The position numbers and the translations under genes are program-made. The notes below the pieces were generated by a model. It made no database searches and had not been told where the DNA came from. It saw only the letters and a list, made by a program, of their open reading frames with translations. Positions 38,362 to 48,034 of a stretch of 64,000 nt of DNA are shown piece after piece. Location of the stretch: assembly GCA_027317185.1 (NCBI GenBank), contig DAHVFB010000002.1, positions 10,360 to 74,359 of the forward strand, given 5' to 3'. Every line of letters starts with the position of its first letter. Position 1 is the stretch's first letter. Origin of the DNA: Deltaproteobacteria bacterium (GTDB lineage: Bacteria > Desulfobacterota > Binatia > Binatales > Binataceae).

Positions 38362-39465
38362 ATGAACGATGAATTAAAAGCCGGATTCGAGGATCGCACC
38401 GGGCAGGCGACGCCAGGTGTGAACCTGTGGCCGTCGATCGTAATCCCGAAAGAGGACATCGATGCGCAAATTGAGCGCCTCGCCAGTCTGCCGCCGCCGA
38501 TCAATGGACGGCGTCGCGCGCTCGTGGTCCATCCGATGGCCGACAGCGGGCGCGGACTGGCCCCCGGAATCCAGGTTTCGATCGACGTTCTAAAACCGGG
38601 CGAGCGCACCCGTCCGATTCGCCACAACTCATCGCAGGTGAACTTCTGCATCGGCGGCGCCGGACGGTCGCTAATCGGTGGCAAGCAGATCGTATTTTCG
38701 CAGTACGATGTATGGAATACGCCGTCGATGGCGATCTATCAGCATTTCAACGACACCAACGGTCTCCAGGTGCGGCTCACCTACAGCAACGCGGCGCTGC
38801 TCGAGAAAATGAACGTCCACTATATCGAAGATGATCCGCCATCCGGGCCGGCCGCGCATTCCGAAGCTGCCGAAGTCGCGGACCCCAACGATCCTTCGCG
38901 CGTGAATCCATTTGGGACCTTCCGAATCTCGGATGATGGCGCATACCTGATGCCATACGAGAAGCTGATTAACCCCGACGTGATCGAATCGAAAGCGCTG
39001 CACTGGCCATGGAAAATCGTCAAGGAGCATCTCGATAAACTTACGGCTCTGGGTTCCTCATACGTGGGACGGCGTTTGTATCTGCTTTATAATCCGGTTT
39101 CGGGCCGCACCAACGGCACCACGCACAATTTTTTCGCGACCATGACGGTGCGTCCGCCGAACATCGTGGACCGGCCGCATCGGCACGCCGCCGCCGCGAT
39201 CAACTACTACTTCTCCGGCAGCGGACGGAGCACGGTCGAGGGCAAAATTTACCGATGGAAGGCGGGCGACCTGATGCTATCGGCGCCGGGACTGGCGGTG
39301 CATAACCATGCTTCTAACGATGAGCCGGTTTACGAGCTGACCATCCAGGACAGCCCGTTGAATATCGCGATGGACTCCTTGCTCTGGCAGGAGAGCCTGA
39401 AGGGTCCGATAACGCTGCTGGGATCGCATACCGGATTCCAGACCAATCGCGCCAAGGCAGCATGA
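38362..39465 (+). CDS. Bicupin protein, gentisate 1,2-dioxygenase-like
   Basis: Two cupin modules (L.PGE...IRH...YQH; PHRH...HNH). Confidence 0.8.
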   Translation: MNDELKAGFEDRTGQATPGVNLWPSIVIPKEDIDAQIERLASLPPPINGRRRALVVHPMADSGRGLAPGIQVSIDVLKPGERTRPIRHNSSQVNFCIGGAGRSLIGGKQIVFSQYDVWNTPSMAIYQHFNDTNGLQVRLTYSNAALLEKMNVHYIEDDPPSGPAAHSEAAEVADPNDPSRVNPFGTFRISDDGAYLMPYEKLINPDVIESKALHWPWKIVKEHLDKLTALGSSYVGRRLYLLYNPVSGRTNGTTHNFFATMTVRPPNIVDRPHRHAAAAINYYFSGSGRSTVEGKIYRWKAGDLMLSAPGLAVHNHASNDEPVYELTIQDSPLNIAMDSLLWQESLKGPITLLGSHTGFQTNRAKAA

Positions 39466-39507
39466 ATGCCTAAACCCGCGATATCTACATGATGAGAGAG
39501 TAAGAAA

Positions 39508-40500
39508 ATGGGCAATATCCAGCTAAGCGTGGGCATTGGCGATTACTACCATGTCCGTCCGCTGTTCGATGGCTCGGTGCAGGTCGAGGGCGTGGATCTG
39601 ATTCACGTCGCCACCGGAACCGAGGAAATTTTCTGGCGGTTCGGTAAATATCGCGAATGGGATGTTTCCGAAATGTCGTTCGCAAACTACAGCGCGCAAC
39701 GCTCGCGCGACGACAGCGTGATGGTCGCGATACCGGTGTTTCCGTCGCGGGTGTTCCGCCATTCCTCGATCTACGTGCGCAAGTCGAGCGGCATTTCCAA
39801 GCCGAAGGATCTCGCCGGTAAAAAGGTCGGGGTGCCCGAATGGGCGCAGACCGCCGGTGTGTATGCGCGCGGCGAACTGGTGCATCAGGAAGGCCTGCGC
39901 CTGCAGGATATCGAATGGATTCAGTCGGGCGTCAACGAGCCTGCCCGTCAGGAGAAATTCACCTACCAGCTTCCCCCGGGATTACACGTCACGCCGCGGC
40001 ATGAACGATCGCTCAACGATCTGCTGGTCGAGGGACAGATCGACGCGATCATCACGGCGCGGACGCCGCTCTGCTTCGATCAGGGCAATCCCGAGGTGGT
40101 TCGGCTGTGGCCCGATTATGATCAGACCGAGGAAGAATACGGGCTGAAGACGGGAATCTTTCCGATCATGCATCTGATCGCGATCCGCGGCGAAGTTTAT
40201 CGCCAGTATCCATGGGTCGCGATGAACCTGTTCAAAGCCTTCGACGCCGCCAAAAAACTTGCGGTCGAGCGGCTGTTTCAGTTCACCATTTCGTGGCTGC
40301 CGATGGCGTGGCTGCCGCGCGCCGCGGAACGCACGCAACGGCTGTTCCAGGGCCATGAGTATTGGCCCTATGGAATCGAGCCGAACCGCATCACGATCGA
40401 AGCTTTTCAGCAATATCTCCATGAACAGGCGATCACCACCCGGCGATTGACGCCCGAGGAACTGTTCGCCAAAGAAACTCAAACGTTCGCGCGCATCTGA
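39508..40500 (+). CDS. 4,5-dihydroxyphthalate decarboxylase-like (periplasmic-binding fold)
   Basis: DVSEMS, IPVFPSR.FRHS, DLAGKKVGVPE..QTA, IFPIMH, WPYG...NR. Confidence 0.85.
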   Translation: MGNIQLSVGIGDYYHVRPLFDGSVQVEGVDLIHVATGTEEIFWRFGKYREWDVSEMSFANYSAQRSRDDSVMVAIPVFPSRVFRHSSIYVRKSSGISKPKDLAGKKVGVPEWAQTAGVYARGELVHQEGLRLQDIEWIQSGVNEPARQEKFTYQLPPGLHVTPRHERSLNDLLVEGQIDAIITARTPLCFDQGNPEVVRLWPDYDQTEEEYGLKTGIFPIMHLIAIRGEVYRQYPWVAMNLFKAFDAAKKLAVERLFQFTISWLPMAWLPRAAERTQRLFQGHEYWPYGIEPNRITIEAFQQYLHEQAITTRRLTPEELFAKETQTFARI

Positions 40501-40530
40501 CCGTCGGTCCAGTCAGGAGGAGGTTCAGGA

Positions 40531-41292
40531 ATGAGAATCGATAAAAAAGTGGCGTTAATCACCGGTGCGGGATCGGGAATCGGACGGGCAACCGCGAAAT
40601 TGTTTGCCGAAAATGGCGCGACGGTCGCGCTTGCCGATCTCAATGCTGAGGGCGGACGCGAAACCGAGCGGATGGTAACCGCGGCCGGCGGCAAGGCGCT
40701 TTTCGTTCAGACCGACGTAACCAAAGTGTCGGAAGCGAAACGGCTGGTGGACGCCGCCGTAGAGAAATTCGGACGCCTCGACATTCTGGTGAATGCGGCC
40801 GGCGTGTTTCTGTTCAAAGCGATCGCCGAGTGTACCGAGCAGGATTGGGACCACGTACTTGGCGTCGATCTCAAGGCGGTGTTCTTCGCTTCCAAATTCG
40901 CGGTCGCCGCGATGGAACAATCCGGCGGTGGTACGATCGTGAATATCTCGTCCGGATGCGGTCTGATTGGGATTCCGGAAAACACCATCTATACGGCGGC
41001 CAAAGGCGGCGTGATTGCGATGACGCGCGCCTTCGCGGTGGACTGCGCGCCGAAGAAAATTCGCGTCAATTGCATCTGCCCCGGCGTGATCGATACTCCG
41101 ATGAGCCGCGGCGCCTTCAAATCGCTACCGGATCCCGAGATGGCGGCCAAGGCCAACATGGCGCACACGCCGATGGGCCGTTTCGGCGAGCCGGAGGAGA
41201 TGGCCAACACGATCCTGTTCCTCGCCAGCGAGCAGTCGTCGTACTTCACCGGCGGAATTCTCGCCCCCGACGGCGGCTTCAGCGCCTGCTGA
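40531..41292 (+). CDS. SDR family oxidoreductase
   Basis: TGAGSGIG, NAAG, YTAAK, PG.IDT, DGG. Confidence 0.95.
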   Translation: MRIDKKVALITGAGSGIGRATAKLFAENGATVALADLNAEGGRETERMVTAAGGKALFVQTDVTKVSEAKRLVDAAVEKFGRLDILVNAAGVFLFKAIAECTEQDWDHVLGVDLKAVFFASKFAVAAMEQSGGGTIVNISSGCGLIGIPENTIYTAAKGGVIAMTRAFAVDCAPKKIRVNCICPGVIDTPMSRGAFKSLPDPEMAAKANMAHTPMGRFGEPEEMANTILFLASEQSSYFTGGILAPDGGFSAC

Positions 41293-41331
41293 CGCGATAA
41301 CGATACCGGTCTGGTGAAATGGATATGAGAA

Positions 41332-41361
41332 GGGCCCCGGAACGGTCGAGTTCCGGGGCCC
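41332..41361. terminator. Hairpin between convergent genes
   Basis: gggccccggaac-N6-gttccggggccc perfect 12-bp stem. Confidence 0.7.
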
Positions 41362-41390
41362 CATAGTTTAACGATCAGGGATTGTGCGAA

Positions 41391-42479
41391 TCAGTTCAGA
41401 CCGTAGAAGCGGCGCGAATTATCGTACAAAATCCCGCGCTTGTCGCTCTCCGTGAGCTCCGACGATTCCAGCACCTCGTCGATCTCATGCTTGCACAATT
41501 TGGCATCGACCTCATGCGGGAAATCCGATGAGAACAGGAAAGGCTCGCTGCCGAGCGTCTTGACCGCATGCGCCAGGTCGGGCTCGTCGCCTTCCACCCC
41601 GACGTAGATCCTGCCGTCGTGAATCAGCTTGCGCACATAAGCGCGAAAGTCGCCGTCTTTGGAAACCTTAACCAGCCGATGATCGGGATCGAATGGCGTA
41701 TGGATCTTGAACGATCCTTCGGCGCGCTCGATCGCGGTCAGAAACCAGCCGACTCCCGCTTCGAGGTAGGCAACCTTGAGACCCCCAAAGCGATCGAAAA
41801 TCCCGTTGTAAACCATGCTCACCAGCGCCCGCATCATGCCCATCGGATGGCCCAGCGCGTGATAGGCGGCGAACACATTAAGGTCGTCGAGGCCCATCTG
41901 ATCGTGACATCCGCCGTGAAATGCGACACAGGCGCCGAGCTTGTCGGCCTCGGCATACAGCGGCCAGTAATCCTGCGAACCCGGATGGGCCTTGATGCCG
42001 TTGCTCGGCAGCATCACGCCGCACATCCCGAGGTCTTTCACCGCGCGCCGCAGCTCCTTCACCGCGCCGTCCATGTCGCGCATCGGAACCAGGCCCATTC
42101 CCTTCAAACGGGAACTCTTGCGCAAATAGGCGTCCTGGAGCCAATCGTTATAGCCGCGCACGGCGGCGTTGGCGAAATAAGCGTCGGTGATCTTGCCGCA
42201 GGCGAGCCCGGCCGTAGGGTACAGGACCGAGTACTCGATCCCGGTATCCTCAAGGAACTGCACCCACTCCTCGGGCCCGACCCGTTTCACGCTCGCCCGC
42301 GTCATCATCTCTTCGATAAAGCCATTATCGATAAAAGCGGTATGGAAGTGATCAAGCGGCGGAAAAGTTCCAGTCAGCCGCGCATAGCGTTTGTACGGCT
42401 CGGGAATATAGTCGGCGATCGCCGCATTGTCCTCGAATACGTGTCCGTCCCCATCAATAACTTTCATGTTTGCGGTCAT
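41391..42479 (-). CDS. Amidohydrolase family 2 protein
   Basis: IDGDGH, YLEAG..W, FSSDFPH. Confidence 0.88.
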   Translation of the reverse strand: MTANMKVIDGDGHVFEDNAAIADYIPEPYKRYARLTGTFPPLDHFHTAFIDNGFIEEMMTRASVKRVGPEEWVQFLEDTGIEYSVLYPTAGLACGKITDAYFANAAVRGYNDWLQDAYLRKSSRLKGMGLVPMRDMDGAVKELRRAVKDLGMCGVMLPSNGIKAHPGSQDYWPLYAEADKLGACVAFHGGCHDQMGLDDLNVFAAYHALGHPMGMMRALVSMVYNGIFDRFGGLKVAYLEAGVGWFLTAIERAEGSFKIHTPFDPDHRLVKVSKDGDFRAYVRKLIHDGRIYVGVEGDEPDLAHAVKTLGSEPFLFSSDFPHEVDAKLCKHEIDEVLESSELTESDKRGILYDNSRRFYGLN

Positions 42480-42558
42480 GAGACGCTCCCATTCCTTGAT
42501 GCCCCATCAACTAGCACATTCGAGTTTGCGCCGTACAGCCGCCGATACGGAATCCGGC

Positions 42559-43941
42559 TTAACTGTTCGGCGGCACCGGCACAGCCGGTTGTAGCCATTT
42601 GGACAGGAAATACCAGGGCAGGCCAAAGGCGACCACCGCCAGACTGGTAAGGGCTTCCTCGGGACGGGTAAAAAGTACATACAGTACGATCCACGACAGG
42701 ACCGCGACGTATGCCGCCGGCAACCAGGGATGGCCGGGAATGCGAAATGGCCGCGTCATCCCGGGCCGGCGCACCCGCATCACGATCAATGAGGTAACGC
42801 TTAACCCCGAAAAGATGATAACTGCGAACCCGGTATACAGCACCACTTTTTCGAACGCACCAAAGAACAGAATGAGAACGCTCGACCAGATGGCCTGTAA
42901 CACCATCGCACGTGCGGGCGTGCCGAAAAACGGATTGATGGAAGCAATTCCTGACGGAAATACCCGATCGCGCGCCATCGCGAAGTACACCCGCGGCCCC
43001 GCGACCACCATCGCACTGGCCGAGTTCAGTATCGCCAGCGCCAGCACCGCCGTGATTCCTACCGCGGCGGCCGGCCCAAACAATTTTACCGAGGCTTTTT
43101 CCGCGACGGCCAGCACCCCGCTCATGGCGGGAATCGGCAACGCGTAAAGGTACAGCAGGTTCATGCCGGCATATAGAAAGATCACGACTGCGATGCCGAT
43201 CAGCAGGGCGCGCGGAAGGTTTCGCTGCGGATCGCGAATCTCCTCGGCGACGTATGCGGCGGAGTTCCATCCGCTGTAGGCATAAAGCACGAAAATCAGG
43301 GAGACGGCGGCGTTGCCGTGCGCCCGGCCATGCGAACCGAAGTTGGCGAAATTGCCATGCCCCGAAAGGAACCCACCTACGATTAGCGCGACGATCGCAG
43401 CGATGGTGCCGACAGTCAGTATCCGTTGCAGCACACCACCCGCGCGCAGGCCAGAGATATGCACCGCGGTGAGCACAGCGAGCACCGCGATCGCGATGAG
43501 CTTGCCGCCGATTCCACTGGCATCGGGGATCGCGGTCAAATGATGCATATAGCCGATCAGGGCGAGCGCAGCGGCGGCAATCGCACCGCTAAAGCCGACG
43601 AAAAACGAGGTCCACCCGCTCAGGTAGGACACCAGCGGACCGAAGGCCTCGCGCAGATAAACATATTCACCGCCGGCCTCGGGCATCGCGGCGCTGAGCT
43701 CGCTGTAGGACAGCGCGCCAATTGATTCGATCAGGCCGCCGGCGATCCACAGGCCGATCAGCCACCACGGCGATCCGATATCGCGCGCGATAAACCCGGA
43801 GGTGGTGAAGATGCCGCTGCCGATCGTGTTCGCGACCACCAGCGCCACTGCGACGTCGAGACCGATTGTACGGCGCAGTGGCGCGCGGCCGGGCCGCGCG
43901 CCACCTGCTCCTGCTTCCGAAGCGGCAGCCGGTATCGCCAC
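42559..43941 (-). CDS. APC family amino acid permease
   Basis: IGSGIF, ALSYSEL..AMP.AGG.YVYL, YAYSGW, R.YFAMARD. Confidence 0.92.
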   Translation of the reverse strand: MAIPAAASEAGAGGARPGRAPLRRTIGLDVAVALVVANTIGSGIFTTSGFIARDIGSPWWLIGLWIAGGLIESIGALSYSELSAAMPEAGGEYVYLREAFGPLVSYLSGWTSFFVGFSGAIAAAALALIGYMHHLTAIPDASGIGGKLIAIAVLAVLTAVHISGLRAGGVLQRILTVGTIAAIVALIVGGFLSGHGNFANFGSHGRAHGNAAVSLIFVLYAYSGWNSAAYVAEEIRDPQRNLPRALLIGIAVVIFLYAGMNLLYLYALPIPAMSGVLAVAEKASVKLFGPAAAVGITAVLALAILNSASAMVVAGPRVYFAMARDRVFPSGIASINPFFGTPARAMVLQAIWSSVLILFFGAFEKVVLYTGFAVIIFSGLSVTSLIVMRVRRPGMTRPFRIPGHPWLPAAYVAVLSWIVLYVLFTRPEEALTSLAVVAFGLPWYFLSKWLQPAVPVPPNS

Positions 43942-43950
43942 GATTTTACG

Positions 43951-46125
43951 CTAGAAAAATCGTGGCACCAGGAAGGAATAAATGCCGTTGCGCACGCTGT
44001 CCGTAGTGAAAATTTCTCCATGCGCCGGATCGATCGCGATACCACTGGGATGGATCAGATCGGTACCCGCGCCTCGAATGATCGCACGCGGCGCGATGTC
44101 GCCATTGTCACCGATGTTCCAGACGCCCACGAAGCCGAGCGGTCCGATCCATGGCAGTGGCGGCCCCTTGCAATCCTTCGCCGGTGCGAACCCACCGGGA
44201 TCGTAGGGCGGAAGATATTTGATGTTGGTGGCAATCGCGTAAATTTTGCCATCGTAGACCTGGACGTGCCACACCCCCACGATTCCGGTGGTCGGACCCG
44301 CGATCACGTCGCGCGGCGCAACGTTTCCGTTGTCCGTACGGTTGAACACGAACAGTCCGCCGTTATGATGCCAGGTGTTTCGGCCGAGCAGGCTGCCGAC
44401 CACGGCCAGATTGCGATCCGTGTCGATCGCAACTCCCGCCGTATACCACAGTCCTGTCTTCGACCCCATGATGATGCGTTTGGGCGCAATGTTGCCGTTG
44501 CCGTCGAGCGGAAACACCAGTAGGGCATCGGTCCGCGAGTCGGCGACCCACAGTTCATTATTCTTAAGGTCCACCGCAGGCTGATATGGCCCGTGAAGCT
44601 GGGTCTTGGGTCCCTGGATCACCCGAATCGGCGCAGCTTCGCCGGACGCATCGCCCCGGAAAAAGGTGATCGAACTGGCCAGCGGTTCGGTGGAGATGAT
44701 TACATCGTGCGCCGGATCGTAGACGATTCCATGCGCGACGCGTGTAAGCTTGGTCTTCTGTCCTTCGATTATCCGTTCCGGCTCGCTATTTCCACTTGCC
44801 ATCCTGGCAAATGCCGCAATACGCGGATCGCTTACTCAGTTCGGGACTAGCAATACGTCCCGCTTGGTGTCGTACGCTATCGCCATCGGATTGCCGAAGC
44901 CGGCGGCGGGAGTGCCGGCGGGCGCGTTGCGCAAGATCCGTTTTGGAGCCACGTTGCCAGAGGCGTCAAGGTCAAACACCTCGGCCTCATGGCCGAAGTT
45001 TGCCACCCATAGCTCCTTGCGAATCGGATCGAACGCCACGCCCATCGGATGGATGATGTGGGTCAGTGGCCCGCTGAGCGTGCGTACCGGCGCCACATCG
45101 CCGTTATCTCCGCGATGAAAAATCAGAACCTCGTTCGACGGCTCCTGGGCCACGGCGATTAAATTGTTCAGATTGTCGACCGCGATTCCGGTCGGCCAGT
45201 CGAGCTGGGTTTTCGGCCCTTGAATTACCTGCAGCGGGGCCGCATCCCCCTTCGCATCGCCACTGAACACTTCGACCGACGGGGGATAGTAATGTCCGCC
45301 GCCGTTGTAGTCCGCGTCCCAGTAGCCGCGCGACCAATTGCCATAATTGGTCACGAAAATCTTATCGCTCTTTTCGTCCCAGGCCACCCCATGCGGGTCG
45401 GCGAGTTTAGTCTTTAGTCCGCGGATCGACCGCAACGGTAACGCAGCGCCCTGCGCACCGAGGCGATAGAAGATAATCTGGGCGTTATGCTGGATTGCAA
45501 CCGCCATCTGATGGTGCTTCTGGCTGAGTGCAATTCCATACGCGCCATGCGGTACGGCCAAAGCGCGCGATTTGAAGTCGCCGTTCGCGGTATAGGGAAA
45601 CGCGGCGACATCATCGCCAATATCGTTTTCGGTGGTATACAGTTCATGCCGAACCGGGTCGAGCGCCACTCCGGCCGCGAAGGACAGATAGGTGGCGGGC
45701 CCCTTAATCCAGCCCTTGTATGGGGTTATGTCTTTCGCTGATGGCGGTCCGCCGGCGTCGATCGAGTAGACCAGCGCGCTTTTCAGATTGGTATCGCTTA
45801 GAACCGCCACCCCGTTGCGCGGATCGAGCGCGATGCCATTGAACTCGGGATATGGATCTTCGAGCGCACGGCATGGAGCTACTTCACCGCCCGGAATCTT
45901 CGACAAGACGGCTTCGAACTTCTCCGACACGCCTAAATTGTTAACCGAGGCATTCACCGGCGATCGCGAAGGTTGATTCATGCCGGATGGCGCAGCGCTG
46001 CCGTCCGGGGAGGACGCCGCGATTGCTTGATTCGATGAAAACCGGTTGCTGCCGTTGGTAGGTAAGAGCGCGAAGGCCGTGATGACGGCCGCGCCAATAG
46101 CTATCCTGAACCTTATCGATCTCAT
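43951..46125 (-). CDS. Secreted NHL/beta-propeller repeat protein, predicted selenoprotein (724 aa, Sec at in-frame UGA 44836-44838, residue 430)
   Basis: Two track ORFs joined in frame by one UGA plus 11 sense codons; the G(N/D)xAP.R.I.G..T.L..P.G.A.D repeat continues across the stop; N-terminal signal peptide; SECIS-like hairpin. Confidence 0.75.
44793..44835 (-). promoter_or_regulatory. Bacterial SECIS-like element
   Basis: mRNA after the UGA: GUAAGCGAU-CCGC-GUAUU-GCGG-CAUUUGCCA-GGA-UGGCAAGUG; 9-bp stem with a G-containing apical loop starting about 31 nt after the UGA. Confidence 0.65.
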
Positions 46126-46317
46126 GCTTTGCGAATAGTGAATGCCTACTCAGGTGTCAACCTTTATCGCGTAAAAACGCACGGATCGGGTAAATTCGCC
46201 GCTCCTTGACTTGAAAGCGATCACCATGTTACGCCGCTCGCAGTAGCCCAGCGACTCCTTTATAACTCTGTTAATAAGAAGCTTCTCAGGTGCACTCACG
46301 GTCGAGGAAGACAGGTT

Positions 46318-47181
46318 ATGCATCATAATCGATTTGACTATACGCCGGTTTCGAAACGGCCAATCATTAAATGGCCGAACGGCGCCCGGCTGGCGGTGTG
46401 GGTCATTCCTAATATCGAATGGCACGAGTTCGATGGTCCCGGGGTCGGAACCAATCCACCACCCGGGTATTTGCCGGACATCCTGAATTTCGGTTGGCGC
46501 GATTACGGACTGCGTGCGGGTATCTGGCGCATGATGGACACCCTCGACCGTTTCGGCATGCGCGCCACGGTGGCCCTCAACGCGCTGGTCTGCGAGCACG
46601 TTCCGGAGATCATCGCGGAGGGCAAAAAACGCAATTGGGAGTTCATGGGCCACGGCATGACGAACTCCCAACTGCTGGCCGGTCTCAGCCTCGACGACGA
46701 GCGCCGCGTAATCAATCAGGTTTGCGATACGATCAAAAAACATGTCGGCACGGCTCCCAAAGGATGGCTCGGGCCGGCGCTGGCCGAGACCGTCAACACG
46801 CCCGACCTGCTGGCTGAGGCCGGCGTCAAATATGTCTGCGACTGGTGTAACGACGATCAGCCATACCCATTCAAAGTGAAGCAGGGCAGCCTGATTTCGG
46901 TGCCTTATTCGATCGAGATCAACGACATACCGTTCTTTGTCGGCAAAGGCGCTACGGGCAAGGACTTTGGCGATGCCATCCAGGATCAGTTCGACGTGCT
47001 GTATGAAGAGGGCGCGAAGACCGGCAAGGTGATGGCGCTCGCGCTGCATCCGTTCCTCGTCAGCGTGCCTCATCGCCACAAGCACTTCGTGCGCGCGCTG
47101 GAGTACATCACGCGCCATCGCGATGTCTGGTTGACCACCGGCGGCGAAATCGCGGATTGGTATTACAAGCATTGTATGTAA
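46318..47181 (+). CDS. Polysaccharide deacetylase family protein (PuuE/allantoinase-like)
   Basis: WPNGARLAVW...N.E, W.DYG.RAG.WR, EFMGHG, PKGWLGP, DDQPY, LHP. Confidence 0.88.
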   Translation: MHHNRFDYTPVSKRPIIKWPNGARLAVWVIPNIEWHEFDGPGVGTNPPPGYLPDILNFGWRDYGLRAGIWRMMDTLDRFGMRATVALNALVCEHVPEIIAEGKKRNWEFMGHGMTNSQLLAGLSLDDERRVINQVCDTIKKHVGTAPKGWLGPALAETVNTPDLLAEAGVKYVCDWCNDDQPYPFKVKQGSLISVPYSIEINDIPFFVGKGATGKDFGDAIQDQFDVLYEEGAKTGKVMALALHPFLVSVPHRHKHFVRALEYITRHRDVWLTTGGEIADWYYKHCM

Positions 47182-47215
47182 CCGGAGCCATCCGATGGCC
47201 CCCAAGGAGAACGTC

Positions 47216-47926
47216 ATGAGGATTTGGGATTCATTCATCACCGATCGTGACAGGAAGATTTTCTCGGCGGCTGGGATGGGTCAGAAGGCGGGCTTTGGCA
47301 GCAATCTGGCTCTGATTATTATCGATGTTACCTACGCATTCACCGGCGAAGGCGATCCGATCGAGGAATCGGTCAAGCGCTATCCCATGAGTTGCGGCAC
47401 GGAAGCCTGGGTTGGCGTCAAGCACAACCAGCAGCTTCTGGAAGCTGCGCGCCGCACTGGCATTCCGGTTTTCTACACCTTGACCGAATATCGCACCGAC
47501 AAAGCCGATGTCGGTGGATGGGCCGGCAAGCAGGCGCAGGCCGCGCATCCTTCAATGATCGAAGGTTCCAAGGGCGCGCTAATCGTCGAAGATCTGACCC
47601 CCGCCGCGGGCGAACTCGTGATCTCGAAGAAAAAGCCCAGCGCGTTCTTCGGCACCCCAATCGTCTCGTATCTGGTTGAGCGGAAGATCGATACGGTGAT
47701 CATCACCGGATGCACCACCAGCGGATGCGTGCGCAGCTCGGTGGTCGACGCTTTCTCGCTTAACTACAAAGTCATCGTGCCCGAGGAATGCTGTTTCGAT
47801 CGCGGACAGGCTTCGCATGCGCTCAACCTGTTCGACATGCATCAGAAGTATGCTGATGTGATCCCGACTGCGGAAGTTATCGCGCAATTGGGTAAGCGGC
47901 CCTCGGCGCGGCAGGCGGCAGCTTAA
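47216..47926 (+). CDS. Isochorismatase/cysteine hydrolase (maleamate or N-carbamoyl amidohydrolase-like; alternative start 47195)
   Basis: IID, K.KPSAFFGT, GCTTSGCVR (D-K-C triad), H..NLFD...KY. Confidence 0.9.
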   Translation: MRIWDSFITDRDRKIFSAAGMGQKAGFGSNLALIIIDVTYAFTGEGDPIEESVKRYPMSCGTEAWVGVKHNQQLLEAARRTGIPVFYTLTEYRTDKADVGGWAGKQAQAAHPSMIEGSKGALIVEDLTPAAGELVISKKKPSAFFGTPIVSYLVERKIDTVIITGCTTSGCVRSSVVDAFSLNYKVIVPEECCFDRGQASHALNLFDMHQKYADVIPTAEVIAQLGKRPSARQAAA

Positions 47927-47970
47927 CTTTGCCAACGCACTGAGCTGAGTCCGACTTGGATTGTTTCCCG

Positions 47971-48011
47971 AAGCTGGCGTCCGGCGGTTGCCGGGCGCCA
48001 GTTTAGTTTTT
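47971..48011 (+). terminator. Intrinsic terminator
   Basis: aagctggcgtccggc-ggtt-gccgggcgccagttt stem followed by a T-rich run. Confidence 0.7.
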
Positions 48012-48034
48012 CACTGATCACCTATCGGCCGCCG

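Noticed and set aside
41284-41330. SDR ending in Cys-TGA as a possible CU selenoprotein
   Set aside because: The SDR ends at its normal position after DGG; read-through gives only a short non-homologous tail and the nearby hairpin is a terminator between convergent genes
41568-42650. 360-aa plus-strand ORF
   Set aside because: Antisense to the amidohydrolase; no recognisable family
46150-47241. 363-aa minus-strand ORF
   Set aside because: Antisense shadow of the deacetylase gene in GC-rich DNA
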